The translations under genes were made by a program, and so were the position numbers. Of a stretch of DNA of 64,000 bases, positions 50,204 to 60,594 are shown piece by piece. The notes below the pieces were generated by a model that did no database searches, was not told the origin of the DNA, and saw only the letters and a list, made by a program, of their open reading frames with translations. Source of the DNA: a virus; the IMG/VR virus record IMGVR_UViG_3300033142_001194, positions 4,999 to 68,998 of that record; one strand, written 5' to 3'. The first letter of the stretch is position 1. Every line of letters starts with the position of its first letter.

Positions 50204-51369
50204 CTCATATGTTACGGTATAACCGTTTCCGCTATACCTCTGCATGTTTCCACACAGGACAGACTATATCATTACCCTTAAAGATTCTAAGGGTACTCCC
50301 CACTTCGGACATACTATGTCCTACTTCCTCTCGGAATAGTCGTTGAACGTTCTCCATATATGCAATCATAGTTAGGAGCTTCGCTGCTGATTATCTGTTA
50401 GTCCAAGTTGTTTTTCTACTTCTATGTATATTTCCATCATAGAGTCTGAAACTTGGCTCTTGAGACTTTCCAGCAATTCAAGGAGTACATTACATCTCAT
50501 TACTGAGAGTAAGGGCGAAATGTTTATATTATTTTGATGAACGTTACCATGACAAGAGTCACATAAACTTATTAAGTTCTCATTAGAATGTACTCTTACA
50601 TCATTATCGGAAAATAACCAATAACTTATAATATGGTGCACGTTTACAGAAAGTTCTGAGAGGTTATTACAGTATTCACATGTAGGATTAGTTAAGCGTT
50701 TACCCTTACTTATTCTGTTCCATCCCCGTGTATAATTAATATACCTTTGTGTCCCTGTATAGAAGAAGTTTCGTTCTCCTGTTGCATATAGTGACTTTCT
50801 TTCTGTAGATGTTCTAACTTGGAAGTTACTTAGTACAAGGTTTAGGAAGTCTCCATCTAAGGGGAATACTTCATAACCTGCTGGAAGATAACATTCATTA
50901 CCCATTTCCCATAATACTTCATGGGCAGATACTTGATGTGAGTTTGAATTTGCTCTAGGGTGTCCCCACATAGAAATTCTTCCTCTTTTAAGTCCTGCAG
51001 ATGTCTTATTAATTATAGGATTAGTAAGTTTAGATAATAGTGTAGATGTTAGGTAGTTATTAAACCAGTAGGCATTACCATCCCTTTCCCAATGTAGCAT
51101 CCATTTCCTAGAAGCTGCTTTAGAATGGGGGAATTTAAGCTCACGGTTACAGTAGGTAAATAACTTCTTACCTGTTACCTTACTGGTTGTAACTATCCCA
51201 ATGTATGCTAAAGCTTCTTTGTATCCATAACCCTCGTTATCAATAAACATCTGTAAAGCAGTAACACCACCTCTATTTTCTAATAATTCATCAAAATTGT
51301 ACATAATGTCTAGTTACCCTTTATAAGATTAATAGTGGACACATTACATACTATAAACATTTATATTTC
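50204..51369 (-). mobile_element. Group I intron in nrdJ
   Basis: Exon ends in U (AGT GGT), intron ends in G; P AATTGCTGGAAA, Q AATCAGCAG, R GTTCAACGACTA, S ATGATATAGTCT; P3 tactcc/ggagta; splicing restores VKPSG-TLSK. Confidence 0.9.
50372..51304 (-). CDS. Intron-encoded HNH homing endonuclease
   Basis: CEYC..VHHI..NLISLCDSCH and an upstream degenerate HNH-like AHEVLWE..LDGDFLN..SNFQ. Confidence 0.85.
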   Translation of the reverse strand: MYNFDELLENRGGVTALQMFIDNEGYGYKEALAYIGIVTTSKVTGKKLFTYCNRELKFPHSKAASRKWMLHWERDGNAYWFNNYLTSTLLSKLTNPIINKTSAGLKRGRISMWGHPRANSNSHQVSAHEVLWEMGNECYLPAGYEVFPLDGDFLNLVLSNFQVRTSTERKSLYATGERNFFYTGTQRYINYTRGWNRISKGKRLTNPTCEYCNNLSELSVNVHHIISYWLFSDNDVRVHSNENLISLCDSCHGNVHQNNINISPLLSVMRCNVLLELLESLKSQVSDSMMEIYIEVEKQLGLTDNQQRSS

Positions 51370-52752
51370 ACCACTAGGTTTTACCGTAGTAATATTTTTA
51401 GGTCTTTGTAATCCTAAACTATCTGCCATAGAAAATGCAGATGTAGTAGCTACCCTTTTCATACTATCTAAGTCGTATGCAGATAGATCAGGTCGTTGAG
51501 CAATACCTGTTAACCCTACACCGCATAAACGTAAGAACTCGTTATTGAGGTGCCATGCTTCTTGCAATACACCATCATTTAAGTTAACCAAGGTTTGCCT
51601 GTAATTGGCTCTAGCTGCTAATCTTATTGCCTCATGTAAATCAGTAGTATTTCCAATGAATTTAGAAACATCTATTTCTACCAGATTACAAAAACTACGA
51701 TTACCTAAGAGTATTTCAGCACATGGATTTACAGTGTTCCACCAAGGTGCTCTAGCAGTAGCTGCTTCACCATTAATAAAACCCGGTTCACTACCAGAAG
51801 AATCTACCATTAGCTGAAAGATATTTTCCAATTCCTTCTTAGATGGTTTTTTATTAAACACCAAAGAATTATTAGATTGGCTTCTTTGTGGGTTGTTAAT
51901 CCAAAATTCACTTTTAGCAGTAGAAAATTCTTGCCACTCAGGTTGTCCATACTCAAATAAGGCAATCTGAGCGCTTCTACGGGACGATAATATAGTACCT
52001 AACCAATTAATAATATCTAGTATGTCTATACGTGTAAGAAGCTCTCCTGCTCGTCTATTCATGATACATGCAATAGCTTCATAGGCTTTTGCAATAGCAA
52101 TATCTCCTGAGCTGATCCAACCATATCCTTTAAGTCTTTCACCTGCAGGACGTAATTCAGAGAAATCAAAGATTAATTCTTTTGCAGGATGTTTACCTGC
52201 TAATAGTTTACCTATAGATTTAGCCCAAGCTTTAGCACTATCACCTACTTTAATTACCCAGATACCTGTTTCAGAATCCCAACTTTCTGAGTTATCTTCT
52301 GCACCTCCTTTACCTGTTCGTTTTGTATGTATTACTGTTACTTTAGGTATTGGCTGTCTGAAGCCATTAAGGGTTCCTACTTTAGGTTTAAACCCTACAC
52401 CACATCCCTGCATAAGAAGCCATAAAACATCTACAACATCATATACTGTTTCAACTACTAACCCACTGCAGTTAAACATACTACTTTCTCTTGTCTTAGA
52501 TAAATTAGTACCTCCTAACCAGAGTGTTCTACCACTTGTAGATACTTTTTTATCTACCATTAACTTTTTAAAAGCTTGAAGTTCTTCTAATTCCAATTCT
52601 GAAAGTTTAGACTTCTTAGCTCTTTCCCATAACCATAATTGATGGGTACGTACTCTTTCACAAATATCATTCCAAGACTCAAATACCGTCTCTTCTTTAT
52701 TTACAGGTCTTGCGTACGTTCTTCTTACAACAACTTCTGATCTTGTTTGCAT
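51370..52752 (-). CDS. nrdJ: Class II ribonucleotide reductase, exon 1
   Basis: RRTYARP, SGRTLWLGG, FNCS, LMQGCGVGF, NPCAEI, FCNL, GVGLTG, TTVKPSG. Confidence 0.9.
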
Positions 52753-52791
52753 AAAATTCCTATTTTAAAATTAAAAGTAAAGCGGTATACA

Positions 52792-53262
52792 TTAACCTTT
52801 ACCACTTGATCCATCACCCATACCTCTAAAAGTGTTTTGGGTAAATTCTTTTTCTTCACTCCAATTAGCTACTAAACAAGGGATAATAATAATCTGAACC
52901 ATTCTTTCATTAGGTTGGATTACAATTACCTCTTCTGAAGTGTTTTCCCATTTAACGAATACTCCTTCTTGATAGTCTTGGTCAATTAAACCAATTGTAT
53001 TCTGTAACTTAAGCCCCTGACTTGATCTTGGTAATAGTAAAGCACATGGATCAAAGATATCACTACGTAATGCTTTAAACATGCTAATACATATACCTGT
53101 CTGAGCCTTTACAGATTGACCGGGAAAGATTTTAAGTGGTTCTTCTGAACATAATCTTAAATCCATACCTGCATCACTTGCATTGGCTCTGTATGGTTCT
53201 GGAAGAGCTATTCCTTTAGTAAATAACTCTTTAGCTAACTCCGTATATTTATACTCAATCAT
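52792..53262 (-). CDS. dut: Trimeric dUTPase
   Basis: AGMDLR, LPRSS, NTIGLIDQDY, ERMVQ, RGMGDGSSG. Confidence 0.9.
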   Translation of the reverse strand: MIEYKYTELAKELFTKGIALPEPYRANASDAGMDLRLCSEEPLKIFPGQSVKAQTGICISMFKALRSDIFDPCALLLPRSSQGLKLQNTIGLIDQDYQEGVFVKWENTSEEVIVIQPNERMVQIIIIPCLVANWSEEKEFTQNTFRGMGDGSSGKG

Positions 53263-53485
53263 TAAATTTAGATCTCCTATTTTTCAATGCTTCAACAGTA
53301 TATTGAAATAAGTTTTTTGGTTCACTAGTTTCATGAACAATCATATTTTCTAAAGGTGTATTAATTACTTCTGTTTTAAAATCTTTCTCCTTTCTGTATC
53401 CCTTAGTAGGGTGGTATCTATAATCTTTAAAACCATTAAAACCTTTAACAACTTTGTTGTTAGGTTGTCCCTGTACTCTAGCCAT
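53255..53485 (-). CDS. Basic hypothetical protein
   Basis: Coupled ORF; YHPTKGYR motif. Confidence 0.5.
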   Translation of the reverse strand: MARVQGQPNNKVVKGFNGFKDYRYHPTKGYRKEKDFKTEVINTPLENMIVHETSEPKNLFQYTVEALKNRRSKFND

Positions 53486-53843
53486 TTTTATCCCCTGTAT
53501 TAATTAATTCTTTGTAATCACCTGAATGATAGTAATTACCTGCAACAACTTCAAAACCAAACCAAGCTAATAGATTTGTATTATGTGTCTCTTGAACTAA
53601 TGGATCATCATCATCAAAATTAGGTAATACGTCTTTAATAGATGTTGTGCCTGATTCTTGCATAATCTCCTGTAATAACTTGTTAATTTCCTCCACGTTG
53701 TCAGTATAAAAAGGTAATGTATCGGTATAGTAGATCATAGGTGCTACCATTCCTGATGCACATCCATGCATTTCTAAAATAGAAAGTGTTGATCTAATAT
53801 CTTCTTCTTCTTCTAACCATTCTTTTACAGTATCTAATATCAT
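53478..53843 (-). CDS. Acidic protein, possible Ocr-like DNA mimic
   Basis: Strong D/E excess; HGCASG..IYYTDT..FY..LAWFGFE pattern. Confidence 0.4.
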   Translation of the reverse strand: MILDTVKEWLEEEEDIRSTLSILEMHGCASGMVAPMIYYTDTLPFYTDNVEEINKLLQEIMQESGTTSIKDVLPNFDDDDPLVQETHNTNLLAWFGFEVVAGNYYHSGDYKELINTGDKNG

Positions 53844-55384
53844 TATTTACAGTACTCCTGATTTAATATAATGGTTTTATTTATAAATTCCCTTGGGAAT
53901 AGGTATTCAGGAATTCTTACTCTAATATCTGCTAAGATTTCTTCAATTGGATCTACTTCTCCTGTACGAGTTCTTAATTTATATTCTTGTAATATTACTC
54001 TACCGTCTTCATTTAATTTATCCTCCTTAAATACATAATCATATTCATAATCTGATAGGTATAGTAAACAAGTTTTTATATCTTCTAGTGTAACCTGTTT
54101 AAACGTATTAATATAAATATCATCTTCTGATACTGAAACAGGTGATGAATACTTACAAGATACAAAGTAAACATTAATTTCTAAGTTTTTACTTCCGTTA
54201 AGGTTAATGTCAGTAACTTCGTCTACATTTGAAATATTATAGATACCTAGCTCTTTATTAGATGGTGTTGGTCTACCTCCTAAAGTTGCTACTGAACCTC
54301 CAGATTTCTGTGCTGCTAAGAATGCTTTATAGTTATCCCTACTAACAGTTAAAGTATCTACTTTAAAAGTATTATTAGATGAATAATATACGTCCTTAGG
54401 TGTATCCCTAGTTTTCCAAGCAATTACACGGTTACTATTATTACTGTCTAAAATAATACTGAAATTAGCTTCCAAGGTATAACAAGCATCTGGAGGGCTA
54501 ATACTAATAGAATTTAACAGTTCTAACGCATCTAACCATTCCAGTAATTTATAACATTTAAGTTTTGTATCTGTAGGTGCTTGATCCAGTAAAACCAATA
54601 CTGCTTCTATGGTTTCTTCTACCATCTGTTCTTGAAAATCATCAATTCCAATAATACTGCTTCTATCTGGAAGTCTTGCATCAAAAAGTGTCTGATCCAT
54701 ATGAATCCACAAACCTTTTGCAACATTTTTATAACCTTGTTCACATGGATTTGTTTTAAATCCTTGAAAAATTGGTAAGATTGAAGAAGCACTATTTAAG
54801 TCTGAAATATTTTCTAAACTTTCAATATGTAGCATTCCTATAGACGGTAAATCTATGGAGAATTTACTATGTCTTTGGTAGATGCGAGATGAATTTATAA
54901 ATATTTCTAAGTCTTCATTAAAAAATTCAAATAATGTACTAATTGATTCTAAACTTAAATTAGGTATGTTTAGCTCAATTCTAGTGCCATTAAATTCAGG
55001 TACTATAATAGTATTACCAATATCATTTCCTTTAAGTAAGTCATCAGTATTAATGACTAACTTTTGATTACCGGAATGAATTGTAACATCTGATTTACTA
55101 CTAAATAAAACAGATAAGAATCCTAAACCATATGGTTTTTCAGTTTCTTTAATTTCATCACTCCATCCACTTTCTGATACCGATATTAATGTTTGAAAGT
55201 CTTCAATAATATCTCCATTATTACTTACACATAAATATCCTGTACTTTCGTAATACTCAACATTTACTTCAGTTGCATGTGATCTTTTAGCATTTTGAAC
55301 CATCTCTCTGATAGGTGAATACTTATCTGTAAATGCTAAATGTAAATCACTTAATAACTTCTTTTCGTTAATTTTAATTTTCAT
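53843..55384 (-). CDS. GHKL (HATPase_c) ATPase-domain protein
   Basis: REMVQNA (N box), NNG, YGLGFLS (G2 box), GT. Confidence 0.75.
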   Translation of the reverse strand: MKIKINEKKLLSDLHLAFTDKYSPIREMVQNAKRSHATEVNVEYYESTGYLCVSNNGDIIEDFQTLISVSESGWSDEIKETEKPYGLGFLSVLFSSKSDVTIHSGNQKLVINTDDLLKGNDIGNTIIVPEFNGTRIELNIPNLSLESISTLFEFFNEDLEIFINSSRIYQRHSKFSIDLPSIGMLHIESLENISDLNSASSILPIFQGFKTNPCEQGYKNVAKGLWIHMDQTLFDARLPDRSSIIGIDDFQEQMVEETIEAVLVLLDQAPTDTKLKCYKLLEWLDALELLNSISISPPDACYTLEANFSIILDSNNSNRVIAWKTRDTPKDVYYSSNNTFKVDTLTVSRDNYKAFLAAQKSGGSVATLGGRPTPSNKELGIYNISNVDEVTDINLNGSKNLEINVYFVSCKYSSPVSVSEDDIYINTFKQVTLEDIKTCLLYLSDYEYDYVFKEDKLNEDGRVILQEYKLRTRTGEVDPIEEILADIRVRIPEYLFPREFINKTIILNQEYCK

Positions 55385-55638
55385 TTTAATTCCTCAATTA
55401 GTATATCTGCTTGTTTTACTGTTTTTAAAAGGGTTTTTACTAGATTTTTTAATTCTTCATTTTCATCTTCTAATACTTCTAAATCACTTTCTAAATCCAT
55501 TAGATATTCCATAGTATCTGAGAAGTTTTTAAATGGTGGTAAGTTTGTTATTAAATATTCAGATACCTTAGTACCCAATGCTTTAGCAGAATCTGATAAT
55601 TCAGGATCTGAAAGCATATTTTCTAAATCATAATTCAT
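55381..55638 (-). CDS. Acidic coiled-coil hypothetical protein
   Basis: Coupled ORF. Confidence 0.5.
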   Translation of the reverse strand: MNYDLENMLSDPELSDSAKALGTKVSEYLITNLPPFKNFSDTMEYLMDLESDLEVLEDENEELKNLVKTLLKTVKQADILIEELK

Positions 55639-55672
55639 AGTATTTCTCTTTTAGTTGTACCACAGAAATTTG

Positions 55673-56617
55673 TCATCTTATTTCATTCACAAAATGTTTA
55701 ACTATTTGAGGAATTACCTTAGACAAGTCTTTTGGTTTAATACCAGATGCTTCCATTACATCAGATTCCTCTTTAATAATGTCTGAGCATATCCACTTAA
55801 TTAACTGACCAATATCTTCTGGCATTGGATCATCAATTTCTAATTCCTTAACTGCTTGCTGTAACCGTCCTTCAGTACAATATTCTAATCCAAATAACTC
55901 AATACTTTTCATAGCTTCAGCACTTACAGGTAATTTAATCTTACGTGCCTTAGACTTAGTATGCTTAGATCCTTTAGCTTTAAACATAAGCTCAGGTTCA
56001 TCTTCGCATGTATAAACAATGCCTTCACCAATACCAGATACACCTAAAGACAGTGCTACAGGGCATTCATTTTCTACTTCAGTTACTTTGGTTATAATTT
56101 CAGGTACGCATTCTGTAGGATTTAGAATATCCACATTTACTATATGTACAATAAATTCATCAGCATCTAATAATAATTTAGGTACTGTTAATAATGGTTT
56201 AGGTACTTTATTACCCTCACCATCTACAATAGAAAATACATAAAAGAATTTATCTAAACCAATAACACCTACACTGCTTTGAATATTTCCACCTGCAAAC
56301 TCACCATAAACATAAGTATCCCTGTCTGGTGAATGTACTGTTGACATTAAAGTATCAATGACAGCGGGGTTCTCCTCTACCCAAGTAGCAAATCCATAGT
56401 GATCTTTGGGGTTACCATCCCCATCTTTACCTGTACTGATGATACGATTATTAGACTGTAGAATGACCTCCTTAGATTTTGTTAGGATAATACATGTATT
56501 TGTACCATTAACCTTTACACGTCCTGTGAACGTCCGTACAGTACCTTCAAAGGTCATTTTTCGCATAGTATATAAACTATTTTTTAATTGGCCTATTGAG
56601 CCATATTTTTTGAACAT
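55673..56617 (-). CDS. RNA ligase (Rnl2-like nucleotidyltransferase)
   Basis: Motif I KVNGTN, VYGEFAGGNIQ, FYVF, GEGIV, MFKAKG. Confidence 0.8.
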   Translation of the reverse strand: MFKKYGSIGQLKNSLYTMRKMTFEGTVRTFTGRVKVNGTNTCIILTKSKEVILQSNNRIISTGKDGDGNPKDHYGFATWVEENPAVIDTLMSTVHSPDRDTYVYGEFAGGNIQSSVGVIGLDKFFYVFSIVDGEGNKVPKPLLTVPKLLLDADEFIVHIVNVDILNPTECVPEIITKVTEVENECPVALSLGVSGIGEGIVYTCEDEPELMFKAKGSKHTKSKARKIKLPVSAEAMKSIELFGLEYCTEGRLQQAVKELEIDDPMPEDIGQLIKWICSDIIKEESDVMEASGIKPKDLSKVIPQIVKHFVNEIR

Positions 56618-56851
56618 TAGTATTCCTTTAATTTAGATAAGCATAGAATGCATTGAAGTACCTAGCATTATGCTTATTATGTGTTTCCGTATTTAATACG
56701 GTGTTAAGTATCTAAGTATCATTTCTTTTAAATAGCACCAAAATAACACTATCTTCGGTATTAAAACGTACCTAAGCCATAATCACTTATGTCTTGATAC
56801 TATCGTTGCGTGTATACCCCTTAAAGGCTCTTTAAAAGGTATATAAAGGTA

Positions 56852-57019
56852 TTATTCTTCCTTATCTGTAGGTAGTAGTTTTTTATGTATCATTTGAGTT
56901 AAAATTCCTAATATATCAAAATAAGCCTTATCTGTTATATTAGCTTGTGCTGATACACCAGCCATATAAGTTAAACCAGTTAATATTTCTAAAGCTTCTT
57001 CTTTTGCTAAATTAATCAT
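56852..57019 (-). CDS. Hypothetical protein (55 aa)
   Basis: Read manually; AGGA RBS, MINLAKEEALEIL... Confidence 0.45.
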   Translation of the reverse strand: MINLAKEEALEILTGLTYMAGVSAQANITDKAYFDILGILTQMIHKKLLPTDKEE

Positions 57020-57048
57020 AGTTATATTCCTAATTATAAGTCTTCTTA

Positions 57049-57309
57049 TTAATTTATTGGTGTTCCAAAAATATCTGTTCTAACTGGTCTACCATACTGG
57101 TCTGAACTAATTCCTGAACCATAGGCATCTTGTTCTAATTCTTGGAATGGATCATGTCTTACAGCTTTACCACTGAATGATCTTCCAATTCCCATACCAT
57201 ATGCATTTGGTTCCCAATCTGATTCATGTGAATCATAATCATTATTATCTATATTAGGATTTGCTAATAATAAAGATGGTAATAATAGTAGTACTAATAA
57301 AAGTTTCAT
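57049..57309 (-). CDS. Small exported protein with internal duplication
   Basis: Signal peptide MKLLLVLLLLPSLLLA; EPNAYGMGIG..SGKAV and EQDAYGSGIS..YGRPV repeats. Confidence 0.6.
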   Translation of the reverse strand: MKLLLVLLLLPSLLLANPNIDNNDYDSHESDWEPNAYGMGIGRSFSGKAVRHDPFQELEQDAYGSGISSDQYGRPVRTDIFGTPIN

Positions 57310-57325
57310 AGTTGTTCTCTCGTTG

Positions 57326-57592
57326 TTAATAGGATGGTAATTGCTGTTTGTTTCTCTTTAGCTTTAACTGCTCTGAGAAGGCCTTAGAGACATCATAGTT
57401 TTGATCTGTACCGTCTTGCTTAAGGTATCTGTTAATGAAATAAGAATGGGGTACATGTGCAATATCACATGCTTCTAATCCTGTTTGAATCCAATCAGGA
57501 TCATGACCATATTCTTCTTGAAGTGAAATAGCCATTGACCAAATGTCAGTAGCGTATTCTTTAATCTTTATACTTGATGCATCGTAAATCAT
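57326..57592 (-). CDS. Small protein with GyrB-like N-terminal arm
   Basis: GAGGA RBS; starts MIYDASSIKI, compare GyrB YDSSSIKV. Confidence 0.55.
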   Translation of the reverse strand: MIYDASSIKIKEYATDIWSMAISLQEEYGHDPDWIQTGLEACDIAHVPHSYFINRYLKQDGTDQNYDVSKAFSEQLKLKRNKQQLPSY

Positions 57593-57600
57593 GATTCCTC

Positions 57601-57867
57601 TTAAGTATACGTATCTACAATATGTAGATATTTTGTATTGTTTTTAATGCACTTAGCTAATTTAGCTGATTGAGCACCTCCTTTACCCCATATAACTGTA
57701 ATGTTAGGATCAATATTTGCATTCTTTACTACTTGCTTGTATTGCCCTGCTACTTTACGTATAAGATATCTTTGAGTCATTTCCTCTATTGTGGTAGTTT
57801 TCTTTAGCTCATTCATTAAGGCTGTTCTTGCTGTTAATAGCTTTAATATCATTTCATTATCTGTCAT
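57601..57867 (-). CDS. Hypothetical protein
   Basis: Coupled ORF with AGGAGG RBS. Confidence 0.5.
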   Translation of the reverse strand: MTDNEMILKLLTARTALMNELKKTTTIEEMTQRYLIRKVAGQYKQVVKNANIDPNITVIWGKGGAQSAKLAKCIKNNTKYLHIVDTYT

Positions 57868-58823
57868 GTTAAGACCTCCTGTAATATTTTATCTATTAAT
57901 TTATACCCATCCCTAAAAGATATTCTTTTACGCATTACCCCATCCTTTCCTGCAAGAAAATTGGTAAGGAACATACTGTTATACTGCTCTCTATAGGCAT
58001 TTAATTTAGAATTGAATAGGTTGATAACCTTATATTCTTGTGAAGCTGTTAAAGGTACGTTAAGAACAATTGTGGCTAAGTTTCTATCAGTAATCTTGCC
58101 ATAGTAATGTATACCTTTAGTAAGGCATATTTCACCCCCTTTAGAACCAGTATCAGTAGCCTTAAGAAGTAAGGAAGTATTTGGTTTATCTCCTATTCTT
58201 AATCTTGATACTTTATATTTAGAAGGGGTGTTTAAATACTCAATCCAATCTTTACCAATATTCCCATTAATAATTTTATACCCTAAGATTTCTGTAGTTA
58301 TCCCTTTCTTAAAATAGAAAGTACATACTCTTACATCTGTATCTTCAAATACTTGAGAATCGTATAAAGTTACTTGTGATATTTCCCATCTTGCAAATAT
58401 AAACTCACGAAGTTTAGAATCAGCATCTACGAAGAAGTTACTTGGGATAATTAAAATACCTTCAGGAGCATTACCTTTAATAAATGAAAGGATACTTGCT
58501 TTGTACAGGTCAGTTGTTTTCCAGTATTTGAATGGTGTTTTATCTTTAGCTTTATTATTTAAAAGGTAAGGTGGGTTAGCCAATATAAATTTATTAGAAT
58601 AATCCATATCACCTAATAGAGTATTTTTTGTTCCGTTAGGTGTTAAAGGGTTAATATCAAACCCTTCAATAGAAGAGCAATCTTCATAAGCTGCCCAATT
58701 AAGTAAGTGATTATCACCAGCCATAGGGTCTACAATATCTTTCCCTTTTATTAAAGGAATATATTGTTTAAGTATTTCATCTACTCTTGATGTATAAAAT
58801 GCACCTAATTCTTTCTTATCCAT
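57864..58823 (-). CDS. N6-adenine DNA methyltransferase (gamma-type motif order)
   Basis: LGAFYT, VDPMAGD (motif I), ILANPPY (motif IV), DLY, IIP, FEDT. Confidence 0.85.
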   Translation of the reverse strand: MDKKELGAFYTSRVDEILKQYIPLIKGKDIVDPMAGDNHLLNWAAYEDCSSIEGFDINPLTPNGTKNTLLGDMDYSNKFILANPPYLLNNKAKDKTPFKYWKTTDLYKASILSFIKGNAPEGILIIPSNFFVDADSKLREFIFARWEISQVTLYDSQVFEDTDVRVCTFYFKKGITTEILGYKIINGNIGKDWIEYLNTPSKYKVSRLRIGDKPNTSLLLKATDTGSKGGEICLTKGIHYYGKITDRNLATIVLNVPLTASQEYKVINLFNSKLNAYREQYNSMFLTNFLAGKDGVMRKRISFRDGYKLIDKILQEVLT

Positions 58824-59006
58824 ATTAGTTCTCCTAATGTTCTGCAATATCTTTTAGTTAATTTAGCAATCTCAGTAGATCCATCAAACCTAAACAACAA
58901 GCAAAAAAATACCTCAATTAAGAGGTATCTTATTTAATTTATTTTAGTACTTATACTATAAGGTGCTGCTTTTGCTTTCTGCTTATCTAATAGAAACCTT
59001 CTTTAG

Positions 59007-59834
59007 TTAAATTGTACCTTCAAGATTGTCATCTAAAAGATTCACATCTTTAAGATTCACATCTGAAAGGTTAGTACCTTCAAGGTTAGTACCTTCAAGG
59101 TTAGTACCTTCAAGGTTGGCACCTGAAAGGTTGGCACCTATAAGATTAGCATATGACAGATCAGCATTTTCAAGATTAGCATCTATAAAATTAGCAAATA
59201 AAAGGTTAGCACCTAAAAGATTAGCATCTAAAAGATTAGCATCTAAAAGGTTAGCACTTCTAAGATAAGTGCCTTCAAGATTAGCACTTGAAAGGTTAGC
59301 ACTTGAAAAGTTAGCACCTTTAAGATTAGCACTTGAAAGATCAGTACCTTTAAGATCAGTATTTGAAAGATCAGCACCTTCAAGATTAGCACTTCTAAGA
59401 TATGTGCCTTTAAGATTAGCTTTTATAAGGTTAGTATCTAAAAGATTAGCATCTAAAAGGTTAGCACCTATAAGATTAGCACCTATAAGATTAGCACCTT
59501 CAAGATTAGCACTTCTAAAATAAGTACCTTTAAGGTTAGCAGCTAAAAGGTTAGCACCTGAGAGGTTAGCAACTGAAAGATTAGCACCTTCAAGATTAGC
59601 ATATGACAGGTTAGCATCTCTAAGATCAGCACCTATAAAATTAGCACCTTTAAGATCAGCATTTTCAAGATTAGCATCTCTAAGATCAGCACCTATAAAA
59701 TTAGCATTTTCAAGATTAGCATTTTCAAGATTAGTACATTTAGCTATTGCTGCTTCAACTGTTGCTTTAATTGAGTTATTCCATTGAAAATGTCTAAAAA
59801 TAATTTCACCTGTATTTTTATTTAGTATTTTCAT
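59007..59834 (-). CDS. Pentapeptide repeat protein 4
   Basis: Shared ~33-aa leader, then A(N/D)Lxx repeats. Confidence 0.9.
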   Translation of the reverse strand: MKILNKNTGEIIFRHFQWNNSIKATVEAAIAKCTNLENANLENANFIGADLRDANLENADLKGANFIGADLRDANLSYANLEGANLSVANLSGANLLAANLKGTYFRSANLEGANLIGANLIGANLLDANLLDTNLIKANLKGTYLRSANLEGADLSNTDLKGTDLSSANLKGANFSSANLSSANLEGTYLRSANLLDANLLDANLLGANLLFANFIDANLENADLSYANLIGANLSGANLEGTNLEGTNLEGTNLSDVNLKDVNLLDDNLEGTI

Positions 59835-59886
59835 TTTGTATCCTTTATATTTATAAAATACCCCAATTAAGAGGTATCTTATTTAA

Positions 59887-60594
59887 TTAAATTGTACCTA
59901 TAAGATTCACATCTTCAAGGTTAGTACCTTTAAGATTAGCATCTAAAAGATTAGCATCTAAAAGATTAGCACCTTCAAGGTTAGTATCTTCAAGGTTAGC
60001 ACCTTCAAGGTTAGCACTTGAAAGATTAGCACCTTCAAGGTTAACATCTTCAAGATTGGCATATGAAAGGTTAGCACTTCTAAGATAAGTACCTTCAAGA
60101 TTAGCATATGTCAGTTTAGCATCTCTAAGATAAGCACCTTTAAGGTTAGCATATGAAAGGTTAGCACCTATAAGATTAGCACTTCTAAGGTTAGCACTTC
60201 TAAGGTTAGCATTTATAAGATTAGCAAATAAAAGGTTAGCATCTTTAAGATTGGCATCTTTAAGATAAGTACCTTCAAGATTAGTACTTCTAAGATAAGT
60301 ACCTTCAAGATTAGCACCTTCAAGATTAGCACTTTCAAGGTTAGCATCTATAAGATTAGCACCTGAAAGATCAGCATTTTCAAGATTAGCATCTCTAAGA
60401 TCAGCACCTATAAAATTAGCATCTCTAAGGTTAGCATCTCTAAGATCAGCACCTATAAGATTAGCATTTTCAAGATCAGCATATTCAAGATTAGTACATT
60501 TAATTATTGCTGCTTCAACTGTTATTTTAATTGAGTTATTCCATTGAAAATGTTTAAAAATAACTTCACTTGTATTTTTATTTAGTATTTTCAT
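59887..60594 (-). CDS. Pentapeptide repeat protein 3
   Basis: Shared leader, A(N/D)Lxx repeats. Confidence 0.9.
   Translation of the reverse strand: MKILNKNTSEVIFKHFQWNNSIKITVEAAIIKCTNLEYADLENANLIGADLRDANLRDANFIGADLRDANLENADLSGANLIDANLESANLEGANLEGTYLRSTNLEGTYLKDANLKDANLLFANLINANLRSANLRSANLIGANLSYANLKGAYLRDAKLTYANLEGTYLRSANLSYANLEDVNLEGANLSSANLEGANLEDTNLEGANLLDANLLDANLKGTNLEDVNLIGTI

Noticed and set aside
49616-50245. Stand-alone 209-aa ORF starting MQRYSG
   Set aside because: Its first 14 codons are intron sequence; the remainder is nrdJ exon 2
51361-52752. nrdJ as a truncated pseudogene
   Set aside because: The stop lies inside a group I intron; splicing restores the frame
53843-55384. 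rIIA
   Set aside because: Shares only the GHKL domain; shorter than typical rIIA and no rIIB neighbour is recognisable
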